Origin: an uncultured Sphingomonas sp.
GTDB lineage: Bacteria > Pseudomonadota > Alphaproteobacteria > Sphingomonadales > Sphingomonadaceae
DNA length: 56,176 nt
Assembly: GCA_964246585.1 (NCBI GenBank)
Contig: CAXTRJ010000001.1
Location: forward strand, 1-56,176
Direction: 5' to 3'
The notes beneath the pieces are model-generated. The model made no database searches. It was not told the origin of the DNA and saw only the letters and a list, made by a program, of their open reading frames with translations. The translations under genes and the position numbers were made by a program. Positions within the stretch are counted from its first letter, which is position 1. The number at the start of each line of letters is the position of its first letter. Shown here one piece after another: positions 29,868-38,520 of this stretch.

Positions 29868-29960
29868 GCCGACCGCAGCCTTGAGAAGGCGCTCGGTGAA
29901 TGGAAGGACTATGCGCGCCAACTGACGCAATAGGAGCGTGACGCCACGCTCGACTGCTAA
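29868..29960 (+). pseudogene. glnT: C-terminal remnant of GlnT / gamma-glutamylmethylamide synthetase-like gene
   Basis: ADRSLEKALGEWKDYARQLTQ*ERDATLDC*; matches the recalled GlnT ending EWxxYxxxLTxWERxxTLDC; TAG at 29931-29933. Confidence 0.7.
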
Positions 29961-30091
29961 CGGGAACGCACGGGAGACCTCATGGTGACCACCGCCCCTG
30001 TCCCGGCTTGGCATGACCAGCTCGCCCATCGGCGGCGTGAGATCAGCGCCGAACTCGCGGGGCTGCGGCGTCAAAGCTGGAGAGCTGAAGC

Positions 30092-31030
30092 ATGGCCAAG
30101 GTAAAGGTAGCGATCATCGGCTCCGGCAACATCGGCACCGATTTGATGATCAAAATCTTGCGGCATTCGGACGTGCTCGAACTGGCGGCCATGGTCGGGA
30201 TCGATGCGGTCTCCGACGGGCTGGCGCGCGCCGCCCGGCTGGGGGTGGCGACCACCGCCGCCGGCATCGATGGCCTGGTCGCCCTGCCGGAATGGCGCGA
30301 GATCGCGATCGTGTTCGACGCGACCTCCGCCGCCGCGCACCGGCGCCATAGCGACGTGGTGACCGGGGCCGGCAAGGTGATGATCGATCTCACCCCAGCG
30401 GCCATCGGCCCGTACGTCATCCCCGTGGTAAACGGCGACGCGCATCTCGACGCCGCGAACGTCAATATGGTGACTTGCGGCGGCCAGGCGACGATCCCGA
30501 TCGTGGCGGCGGTCGCCTCGGTGGCGACGGTCCATTACGCCGAGATCGTCGCGTCCATCGCCTCGAGGAGCGCCGGGCCGGGGACGCGCGCCAACATCGA
30601 CGAGTTCACCGAGACGACGGCGCGTGGCATCGAACAGGTCGGCGCCGCCCGGCGCGGCAAGGCGATCATCATCCTCAACCCCGCCGAACCGCCGATGCTG
30701 ATGCGCGACACGGTGGTGACCCTTTCATCGGGCGCGGACGAAGACGCCATCGCGGCGGCGGTCGAGGCGATGGTCGCCGAGGTCGCCGCCTATGTGCCCG
30801 GCTACAGGCTCAAACAGCGGGTCCAGTTCGAGCGGTTCGGCGCCAATAGTCCGGTCCGCATCCCCGGCTATGGCAGCTTCGAGGGGATCAAATCCACCGT
30901 CTTCCTCGAGGTGGAGGGCGCCGCCCATTATCTGCCCGCCTATGCGGGCAATCTCGACATCATGACCTCGGCGGCCGTGGCGACAGCGGAGCAGATCGCC
31001 GCGCGCCGACTGTCGCGGGAGGCGGCGTGA
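30092..31030 (+). CDS. dmpF: Acetaldehyde dehydrogenase (acylating)
   Basis: [51 protein letters not shown]. Confidence 0.95.
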   Translation: MAKVKVAIIGSGNIGTDLMIKILRHSDVLELAAMVGIDAVSDGLARAARLGVATTAAGIDGLVALPEWREIAIVFDATSAAAHRRHSDVVTGAGKVMIDLTPAAIGPYVIPVVNGDAHLDAANVNMVTCGGQATIPIVAAVASVATVHYAEIVASIASRSAGPGTRANIDEFTETTARGIEQVGAARRGKAIIILNPAEPPMLMRDTVVTLSSGADEDAIAAAVEAMVAEVAAYVPGYRLKQRVQFERFGANSPVRIPGYGSFEGIKSTVFLEVEGAAHYLPAYAGNLDIMTSAAVATAEQIAARRLSREAA

Positions 31031-32067
31031 CCATGTTCGATCCGACCGCCGCCAAGCTGTATATCCAGGACGTGACGTTGCGCGACGGCATGCACGCCAT
31101 CCGCCACCTCTACGGCCTCGACCACGTCAGGGCGATCGCGCGCGCGCTGGACGCCGCCGGCGTCGACGCGATCGAGGTGGCCCATGGCGACGGGCTGGCC
31201 GGCTCGTCCTTCACCTATGGGTTCGGCGCGCACACGGATTGGGAGTGGCTCGAGGCGGTCGCCGACGTGATCACGCGGGCGCGGCTGACGACCCTCCTCA
31301 TCCCGGGGATCGGCACGCTCGACGATCTGCGCCACGCCGCCCGCATCGGCGTGACGTCGGTGCGCGTCGCGACGCACTGCACCGAGGCGGATATCGCTCG
31401 CCAGCACATCGGCGCCGCGCGTGATCTCGGCATGGACGTCTCGGGCTTCCTGATGATGAGCCATATGTCGCCGCCGGACGCGCTGGCGAGGCAGGCGCTG
31501 CTGATGGAAAGCTACGGCGCGCACTGCGTCTATGTGACCGATTCCGGCGGCGCGATGGACATGGACGGCTACCGCGCCCGGGTCGAGGCGTACGACCGCG
31601 TGCTCCGGCCCGAGACGCAGCGCGGCGTCCACGCCCATCACAACCTGTCGCTCGGTGTCGCCAACAGCCTGGTGGCGGTGCAGGCGGGCGCGATCCGGGT
31701 CGACGCGAGCCTCGCCGGCATGGGCGCCGGCGCCGGGAACGCGCCGCTCGAGGTCTTCATCGCCGCCGCCGATCGCAAGGGATGGCGACACGGCTGCGAC
31801 CTGTTCGCGCTGATGGACGCGGCCGAGGAGCTCGTCCGCCCGCTGCAGGAGCGCCCCGTCCGCGTCGACCGCGAGACGCTGAGCCTCGGTTACGCCGGCG
31901 TCTATTCTTCGTTCCTGCGCCATGCCGAGCGGGCGAGCGCCGATCACGGGGTGGATACGCGCGCGATCCTGGTCGAGCTGGGACGGAGGCGCATGGTCGG
32001 CGGCCAGGAAGACATGATCGTCGACGTGGCGCTGGACCTCGCGGCCGCTCGCGATGCCGCGGCCTGA
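31027..32067 (+). CDS. dmpG: 4-hydroxy-2-oxovalerate aldolase
   Basis: [49 protein letters not shown]. Confidence 0.95.
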   Translation: MTMFDPTAAKLYIQDVTLRDGMHAIRHLYGLDHVRAIARALDAAGVDAIEVAHGDGLAGSSFTYGFGAHTDWEWLEAVADVITRARLTTLLIPGIGTLDDLRHAARIGVTSVRVATHCTEADIARQHIGAARDLGMDVSGFLMMSHMSPPDALARQALLMESYGAHCVYVTDSGGAMDMDGYRARVEAYDRVLRPETQRGVHAHHNLSLGVANSLVAVQAGAIRVDASLAGMGAGAGNAPLEVFIAAADRKGWRHGCDLFALMDAAEELVRPLQERPVRVDRETLSLGYAGVYSSFLRHAERASADHGVDTRAILVELGRRRMVGGQEDMIVDVALDLAAARDAAA

Positions 32068-32083
32068 ACCGGGAGGCGCCGGA

Positions 32084-34063
32084 ATGGATCGCGACATAAG
32101 GGACACGGCTCTTTTTCAAGAGGCCGAACGCATCTTCGAGGAGGTTCACGGGCCCGGCGAAGGGCTCATCAGCGACATCGCCGATCTTCAACGATCATCG
32201 GAGGAATCGCGGCTTCTGTTCACCGGAACATTGGTGGGCGACTTCGACGAGCCTGGCGCGACCCGTATCTGCGAATTCGATCTGGCAACCGGGTCGATCC
32301 AGATCCTTACATTTGGCCCGAACTCGGATCGCAACGCTCGAATGTCGCCGGACGGCGGGACCATCGCGTTTCTGTCCGACCGCCATAAGGTGTCCGATTT
32401 CCAGCTTTTCTTCCTAGACCCCCGAACACAGGCCGTGACCATCGGCCCGGCTGTGGAGGGGTGGGTCGAATATCTCGAGTGGTCGCCCGACGGCCACCGG
32501 ATCCTTCTTGGCGTCGCGGGACATGGCGCCGATCTGTCCAGCGGTCAGGGCGCGTACAAGACCGACGAAGTTCCCAGTGGCGAGCCGAGCTGGATGCCGC
32601 GCGTGATCGGCGCATCGTCGGATGCGCTGTGGAGAAAGGTCTGGATTGTCGATGTCGCCACCGGTGCGGTCTCATGCGCTTCGAGCGGACGTGATAATAT
32701 CTGGGAGGCCACCTGGTGCGGTCAGGATCGACTGGCCGTCGTTACATCGAACGAGCCCGAGGAAGGCGCCTGGTACGGCGCCGAGCTCGCCGTCGTGGAT
32801 TTGTCGACGGGTAGCCTAGCAACTCTGTACAAACCGACCTCGCAGGTCGCGTTGCCCAGATCTTCGCCGTCGGGCACGTACGTGGCCTTCATCGAGGCGA
32901 TCTCCAGCGACAGGGGCTATGTCGCCGGGGATCTGCGCCTGTACGATCTGCGGGACGGGACGTGTCGATTGCTCGAATCCGACGCCGTCGACGCGACGTA
33001 CATCGAGTGGCGGTCCGAGGACCGGATGCTGGTGGCCGGCCACCGGGGACTCGAGACGGTGGTCCTGTCGATCGATGTCGACACGGGCGCCGGCAAGGAG
33101 CTGTGGAAGGACACGGTCACCTCGACATCGGGGATGTACGCCACGGTCCTGGGACTACGCCATCCAGAGGAGTTCGCGTTCGTCCGCGAGGGTTTCTTCC
33201 AACGACCTCACGTCGCCACGGTCAAGGGCGGCTCGTTGCGGGTCGCGAGCGCCGCCGGTCCCGATCCCGGATGGAGCGACGACGGCGTGGCGGAGGCCGT
33301 CCGGTGGCACGCGCCCGACGGCCTGCCCATCGAAGGGTGGCTGCTCCGACCAAAGGGCGAGCCTCCCTACGCCACGATACTGGAGATACATGGCGGACCG
33401 GTCCTGCACTGGCGGCCATATTGGCTCGGCCGGTCGGCGTCCGCCCTGATGCTGCTTCGGCGCGGATACGCCATCTTCCTCCCGAACCCGAGGGGGAGTT
33501 CGGGACGCGGGCAAGCCTTCGCGGCGCGGGTGGTCGGCGATGTGGGAGGGGCCGACACCGCCGATTATCTGTCCGGGATCGACCATCTCGTCGCCTCGGG
33601 GATCGCCGATCCTTCACGCCTCGGCGTGACGGGGCTCAGCTACGGCGGATTCATGACGTGCTGGCTGATCACCCAGGATACGCGTTTCGCCGCGGCGATC
33701 TCCGTCGGGCCCGCCACCAACCACGTCAGCCACCATCTGCTGTGCAACATCCCGCAGTTCGACAGGCTATTCCTCCAGGACCATTATACCAACCTCGCCG
33801 GCGCCTATTATTCCCGCAGTCCCATCCTGCATGCGCACGACAGCAGGACGCCGACGCTGCTCGTGTGCGGCGATCTCGACCGATGCACGCCAGCGGAGGA
33901 AGCCGTCCAATTCCATAACGCGCTGCTGGAGAATGGGGTCGAATCGCTGGTGATACGGTATCCGGAGGAAGGCCACGGCGTGCACGGCGTGCCGGCGGCG
34001 ATCGATTTCGCCGCGAGGTGCGTGATGTGGTTCTCGCGCCACATACCCTCGACGGCTGAATGA
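32084..34063 (+). CDS. S9 family peptidase (acylaminoacyl-peptidase-like)
   Basis: N-terminal PD40-type propeller (SPDG repeats), HGGP, NPRGSSG, nucleophile GLSYGG, D..RC, YPEEGH. Confidence 0.9.
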   Translation: MDRDIRDTALFQEAERIFEEVHGPGEGLISDIADLQRSSEESRLLFTGTLVGDFDEPGATRICEFDLATGSIQILTFGPNSDRNARMSPDGGTIAFLSDRHKVSDFQLFFLDPRTQAVTIGPAVEGWVEYLEWSPDGHRILLGVAGHGADLSSGQGAYKTDEVPSGEPSWMPRVIGASSDALWRKVWIVDVATGAVSCASSGRDNIWEATWCGQDRLAVVTSNEPEEGAWYGAELAVVDLSTGSLATLYKPTSQVALPRSSPSGTYVAFIEAISSDRGYVAGDLRLYDLRDGTCRLLESDAVDATYIEWRSEDRMLVAGHRGLETVVLSIDVDTGAGKELWKDTVTSTSGMYATVLGLRHPEEFAFVREGFFQRPHVATVKGGSLRVASAAGPDPGWSDDGVAEAVRWHAPDGLPIEGWLLRPKGEPPYATILEIHGGPVLHWRPYWLGRSASALMLLRRGYAIFLPNPRGSSGRGQAFAARVVGDVGGADTADYLSGIDHLVASGIADPSRLGVTGLSYGGFMTCWLITQDTRFAAAISVGPATNHVSHHLLCNIPQFDRLFLQDHYTNLAGAYYSRSPILHAHDSRTPTLLVCGDLDRCTPAEEAVQFHNALLENGVESLVIRYPEEGHGVHGVPAAIDFAARCVMWFSRHIPSTAE

Positions 34064-34146
34064 CCGGCAAGTCGGTCGTACCAGGAACATGAATTAAATG
34101 GCGCCGATGTGGCGAAGCGCGATCACGAAGAGAGTGGACCCAAGAG

Positions 34147-34767
34147 ATGATACCCAAGTTCGGCAAGGACACGGCACTGCTCGTCATCGATCCTCAGCAG
34201 GGCATCAATGACCTGACGCATTGGGGCGGCCCCACCGGGCGGCGGAACAACCCGGGCGCGGAAGCTAATATCCAGACTCTGATGGATGCCTTCCGCGGCA
34301 GCGGGTTGCCGGTTATCTTCACGGCGCATGATTCCCGGCAGGCGGTATCGCCCCTCAAACTGGGTACCCCCGGCGGCGAGTTTCTGGACGGCATCGTTCC
34401 GCGTTCCGGCGAGTTGGTGATCCGAAAGGATATCAACAGCAGTTTCGTCGGCACCGTCCTTGAGCTGGAGTTACGACGAAAATCGATCAATCGCCTTGTG
34501 ACGGTCGGCTACTTCACGAATTTCTGTGTGGAATCGTCCGTGCGCATGGCGGGCAACATGGGCTATGACAGCTATCTGCTCCCCGAGGCCTGTGCCACGT
34601 GCAACAGGATCGGCTTCGACGGTGTCGATTACGATCCTGATGTCGTTCACAATCTGGCGGTCGCCAGCCTGAATGGCGAGTTCGCCACCGCGCTTCATAT
34701 GGAAGACGCGCTTGGCTTGCTGAAGGAAGACTCCCCTGCCCTTTTGCGGAAGCAGGCGAACGAATAG
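34147..34767 (+). CDS. Isochorismatase-family cysteine hydrolase (amidase)
   Basis: ALLVID, K..NSSF, TNFCVESS: Asp-Lys-Cys triad. Confidence 0.88.
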   Translation: MIPKFGKDTALLVIDPQQGINDLTHWGGPTGRRNNPGAEANIQTLMDAFRGSGLPVIFTAHDSRQAVSPLKLGTPGGEFLDGIVPRSGELVIRKDINSSFVGTVLELELRRKSINRLVTVGYFTNFCVESSVRMAGNMGYDSYLLPEACATCNRIGFDGVDYDPDVVHNLAVASLNGEFATALHMEDALGLLKEDSPALLRKQANE

Positions 34768-34833
34768 GTTGACCGCTTCTGCTTGGACTGCCCCCCGTCC
34801 GAAGGACTAGCCGACGGCGGCGAAATCCTCTAC

Positions 34834-34847
34834 GCTGTGATCACAGC
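34834..34847. promoter_or_regulatory. Perfect 14-bp palindrome GCTGTGATCACAGC, putative operator of the polyamine operon
   Basis: Perfect inverted repeat about 30 nt upstream of the aldehyde dehydrogenase start. Confidence 0.65.
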
Positions 34848-34876
34848 TTGCCCATGCGCGTCGGGGGATCGTGCCA

Positions 34877-36352
34877 ATGCTCGTCGCTACCGAAACGCTG
34901 ACCATCCCGACCGACGCCGTGATCGACGGCGACACGCGCGCGATCCCCGAACGGTTCGCCAACATCGGACCCCGCGACGGCCGTGTCCTGGCCCAGGTCG
35001 CCGCCTGCGGCCAGCGCGAGGTCGACCGCGCGGTCGCGTCGGCGCGCGCGGCGTTCGAGGATGGGCGTTGGCGCGATCAGGCGCCCAATGCGAAGAAGAA
35101 GGTGCTGCACGCGCTCGCCGACCTGATGGGCGCGCACGCCGAGGAACTGGCGCTGCTGGAGTGCCTGGATACCGGCAAGCCGATCAGCGACGCGCGCGGC
35201 GTCGACATCCCGCTCGCGATCGGAACGATGCGTTATTATGCCGAGGCGCTGGACAAGATCCATGGCGAGGTGGGGCCGCATCATCCCTCGCGGCTGTCCT
35301 GGGCGGTGCACGAGCCGTTGGGGGTGATCGGCGCGATCGTACCCTGGAATTTCCCGCTCCACATGGCGATGTGGAAGGTCGCGCCCGCGCTGGCGATGGG
35401 CAATTCGGTGGTGCTGAAACCCGCCGAACAGTCCCCGCTGACGGCGATCCGGCTGGGCCAGCTCGCGCTGGAGGCCGGGCTGCCCGCCGGTGTGCTGAAC
35501 GTGATCCCGGGGACGGGCGAGGAAGCGGGCCAGGCGCTAGCGCGGCACATGGACGTCGACATGATCGCGTTCACCGGATCGGGCGCGGTCGGGCGGCTGC
35601 TGATGCGCTATTCGGGCGAGAGCAACCTGAAGCGCGTTTCGCGGGAACTCGGGGGCAAATCGCCGCAGATCGTGTTCGCCGATTGCCCCGATCTGGAGGC
35701 GGCGGCGCAGGCCGCGGCATGGGGCGTGTTCTACAATCAGGGACAGGTGTGCACCGCCGCCTCGCGCCTGCTGGTCCAGCGGGGGATCCGGGACGCGTTC
35801 GTCGCGCGGGTGGTCGAGATCGCGAGGGGGATCACGCCCGGCGATCCGCTCGATCCCGACACCAGGTTCGGCGCCATGATCAGCGAAGCGCAGATGGCGG
35901 GCGTCCTTCGCCGGATCGAGCACGCCCAGGCCCAGGGCGCCGACCTGCTGCTGGGCGGCGAGCGCGCGCGGCGGGATACCGGCGGTTTCTATATCGAGCC
36001 GACGATCTTCGGCGGCGTCGCGCCGGGGATGGCGCTGGCGCGCGAGGAAGTGTTCGGCCCGGTGCTGGGCGTGGTGACGTTCGACGACGCGGATGGCGCG
36101 TTCCGCATCGCCAACGACAGCGTCTACGGGCTGGCCGCGGGGGTGTGGACCGCCGATCTCGACCTCGCCCACCGCGCGGCCCGGACGCTGCGCGCCGGGC
36201 TGGTGTGGGTGAACGGCTGGGATGCCTGCGACATCACCATGCCGTTCGGGGGGTTCCGTCAATCGGGCTTCGGGCGCGATCGCAGCATGCACGCGCTGGA
36301 GAAATACGCCGATCTCAAGGCCGTGACGATCACCTTCAGGAACGTGGCGTGA
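34877..36352 (+). CDS. puuC: Aldehyde dehydrogenase (PuuC-like gamma-glutamyl-aminobutyraldehyde dehydrogenase)
   Basis: PWNFP, KPAEQSP, FTGSG, ELGGKS, NQGQVC, EEVFGP; polyamine cluster context. Confidence 0.85.
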   Translation: MLVATETLTIPTDAVIDGDTRAIPERFANIGPRDGRVLAQVAACGQREVDRAVASARAAFEDGRWRDQAPNAKKKVLHALADLMGAHAEELALLECLDTGKPISDARGVDIPLAIGTMRYYAEALDKIHGEVGPHHPSRLSWAVHEPLGVIGAIVPWNFPLHMAMWKVAPALAMGNSVVLKPAEQSPLTAIRLGQLALEAGLPAGVLNVIPGTGEEAGQALARHMDVDMIAFTGSGAVGRLLMRYSGESNLKRVSRELGGKSPQIVFADCPDLEAAAQAAAWGVFYNQGQVCTAASRLLVQRGIRDAFVARVVEIARGITPGDPLDPDTRFGAMISEAQMAGVLRRIEHAQAQGADLLLGGERARRDTGGFYIEPTIFGGVAPGMALAREEVFGPVLGVVTFDDADGAFRIANDSVYGLAAGVWTADLDLAHRAARTLRAGLVWVNGWDACDITMPFGGFRQSGFGRDRSMHALEKYADLKAVTITFRNVA

Positions 36353-37731
36353 GCGGGTTCGACGTGGATACGGGCGAGGGGGCGGCTTTCCTGGCCGCCA
36401 ATCCCGACATCCGGTTCGTCGAGACGTTCTTCACGTCCTTGAGCGGCGTACCGCGCGGCAAGCGATTGCGGCGCGAGGAACTCGCCAAGCTGTATGATGG
36501 TGGCGCGTTCGTGCCCGGGTCGATCGTCGCGGTGGACATACTGGGCGCGGATTGCGAGGATTCGGGGCTCGTCTGGGAGACCGGCGACGCGGATTGCCTG
36601 ATGACGCCGGTGCCGGGGCGGATCGTTCCCGCGCCGTGGCTGGGCGATGACGTCGCCCAGGTGATGTGCTCGCTGACCGAGCTGGACGGATCGGCCAATG
36701 TCCACGACCCGCGGGCGGTGCTGGCGCGGGTGCTGGACCGGTTCGCGGCGGACGGGCTGACGCCGGTGGTGGCGTGCGAGCTGGAATTCTACCTCGTCGA
36801 ACAGCGACGCTCGCGGGGTGGCGGCGTACGGCTGCGGCGCTCGCCGATCACGGGGCGCGCGCCGTTCGGCAACGAGGCGCTTGGACTGTCCGAAACCGAG
36901 GATGCCGGGGATTTCCTGCGCGCCTTGTGGCGCGTGGCCGACGCGCAGGGATTGCCGCTGGAGGGCGCGAGCGCGGAGGCGTCGCCGGGCCAGCTGGAGC
37001 TGACGCTGCGCCACCGGGCCGATGCGTTGCGCGCGGGGGACGACGCCGTGAGCTTCAAGCGCGCGGCCAAGGGCGTGGCGCGCCGGCTGCGCTGCGAGGC
37101 GACGTTCATGGCCAAGCCGTTCGCGGAGATCGCGGGCTCCGGCATGCACATCCACATCAGCATGCTCGACAGGGACGGCGCGAACATCTTCGCCGACGAA
37201 GGCGCCGAGGGCGCACCGGTCTTGCGCCACCCGATCGGTGGGATGGCGGCGACGATGGCCGAGGCGATGGCGGTGCTGGCGCCCAACGCCAACAGCTATC
37301 GTCGCTACGCCGCGCGCAGCTATGCGCCGCTCGCGCCGATCTGGGGCGTGAACAATCGTACCGTTGCGCTGCGTGTCCCGGCGGGCGGCGCGGCGTCGCG
37401 GCGGGTGGAGCACCGCGTGGCGGGGGCGGACGCCAATCCGTATCTGGCGCTCGCGGTGGTGCTGGCGGGCGCGCATCACGGACTGACGAACAAGATCGAT
37501 CCGGGCGATCCGATCACGGGTGACGGGTACGCGGCGGCGGCGAGATCGGGCAAGCGCCTGCCGACCGATTGGATCGCGGCGACCGACCTGTTCGCGAACT
37601 CCGCGATCATGCGCGACTATCTGGGCGATGCGTTCGTCAATCTGTTCACGGCGGTGAAGCGGACCGAGCAGGCGCGGTTCGGCGCGGTGGTGACCGCGCT
37701 GGATTACGACTGGTACCTGCAGAATGCGTGA
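36349..37731 (+). CDS. Glutamine synthetase-like gamma-glutamylpolyamine synthetase (PuuA-like)
   Basis: RGKR, ACELEFY, EASPGQLE, FMAKP..GSGMHIH, NNRTVALR, EHRVAGADANPY; GTG overlaps upstream stop. Confidence 0.88.
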   Translation: MSGFDVDTGEGAAFLAANPDIRFVETFFTSLSGVPRGKRLRREELAKLYDGGAFVPGSIVAVDILGADCEDSGLVWETGDADCLMTPVPGRIVPAPWLGDDVAQVMCSLTELDGSANVHDPRAVLARVLDRFAADGLTPVVACELEFYLVEQRRSRGGGVRLRRSPITGRAPFGNEALGLSETEDAGDFLRALWRVADAQGLPLEGASAEASPGQLELTLRHRADALRAGDDAVSFKRAAKGVARRLRCEATFMAKPFAEIAGSGMHIHISMLDRDGANIFADEGAEGAPVLRHPIGGMAATMAEAMAVLAPNANSYRRYAARSYAPLAPIWGVNNRTVALRVPAGGAASRRVEHRVAGADANPYLALAVVLAGAHHGLTNKIDPGDPITGDGYAAAARSGKRLPTDWIAATDLFANSAIMRDYLGDAFVNLFTAVKRTEQARFGAVVTALDYDWYLQNA

Positions 37732-37764
37732 GCGGACGCCAGGGTCGCCCGCGGGGCCGCTGTC

Positions 37765-38520
37765 ATGAGCCGCCCGCTGATCGGGATCACCGCCGACACG
37801 CGCGGTTTCGCGGGCGAGACGGCGCAGGTGGTGATCGACCGGTACATGGAGGCGGTCGTCCGTCATGCCGATGTCGACGCGGTGATCATCCCGGCGCGGC
37901 CGGATCTGGTCGACGCCAAAGCCGTCGCCCGGCGCATTGACGGGCTGTTGTTGACGGGTAGCCCGTCCAACGTCGCGCCCTCTCGGTACGGCGATGCCGG
38001 CGAAGGAACCGGGCCGTTCGATCCGGGACGCGACGACATGGTGCTGCGGCTGATCGAGACGATGATCGATCGCGCGGCGCCGGTGCTGGGTATCTGCCGG
38101 GGGTTCCAGGAGCTGAACGTCGCGTTCGGCGGCACGCTGGCGCGCGATCTGGGCGATGATGGCCGGCCGCTGTCGCATCACGCGCCGGATGGCGCGCCGC
38201 TCCATGACATGTTCGGGCATGGACATGACGTGATCCTGACGCCGGGCGGCACGCTGGCGCGCGCCTTCGGGAATACCTCGCTGCACGTCAATTCGGTGCA
38301 TTTCCAGGGCGTCGACCGACTCGGCGACGGGCTGTCGGTCGAGGCGACGGCGCATGACGGCGTGATCGAGGCGGTATCCGCCCGTCCCAACGGCGCGGCG
38401 ATTCTGGGCGTGCAGTGGCACCCCGAATGGCAAACCGACGCGCGCGCCGCCAGCCAGGGCGTCTTCCACATTTTCGGCCGGGCGCTGCGCGGCGAAGCCA
38501 CAACGGAGAAGGCCGTATGA
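37765..38520 (+). CDS. puuD: Gamma-glutamyl-GABA hydrolase (peptidase C26)
   Basis: LLTGSPSNV, LGICRGFQE, VNSVHFQG, GVQWHPE. Confidence 0.9.
   Translation: MSRPLIGITADTRGFAGETAQVVIDRYMEAVVRHADVDAVIIPARPDLVDAKAVARRIDGLLLTGSPSNVAPSRYGDAGEGTGPFDPGRDDMVLRLIETMIDRAAPVLGICRGFQELNVAFGGTLARDLGDDGRPLSHHAPDGAPLHDMFGHGHDVILTPGGTLARAFGNTSLHVNSVHFQGVDRLGDGLSVEATAHDGVIEAVSARPNGAAILGVQWHPEWQTDARAASQGVFHIFGRALRGEATTEKAV

Noticed and set aside
2992-29933. In-frame stops at Trp positions (TGA 2992, TGA 23902, TAG 29931) suggesting recoding or an alternative genetic code
   Set aside because: TGA terminates housekeeping genes here (rplQ, rpsK, rpmD), and each affected gene has additional deletions or frameshifts; ordinary G-to-A nonsense decay explains them.
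34783-37731. 982-aa ORF as a large fusion protein
   Set aside because: The first ~520 codons are an Arg-rich alternative frame over the aldehyde dehydrogenase; the real GS-like gene starts at GTG 36349.
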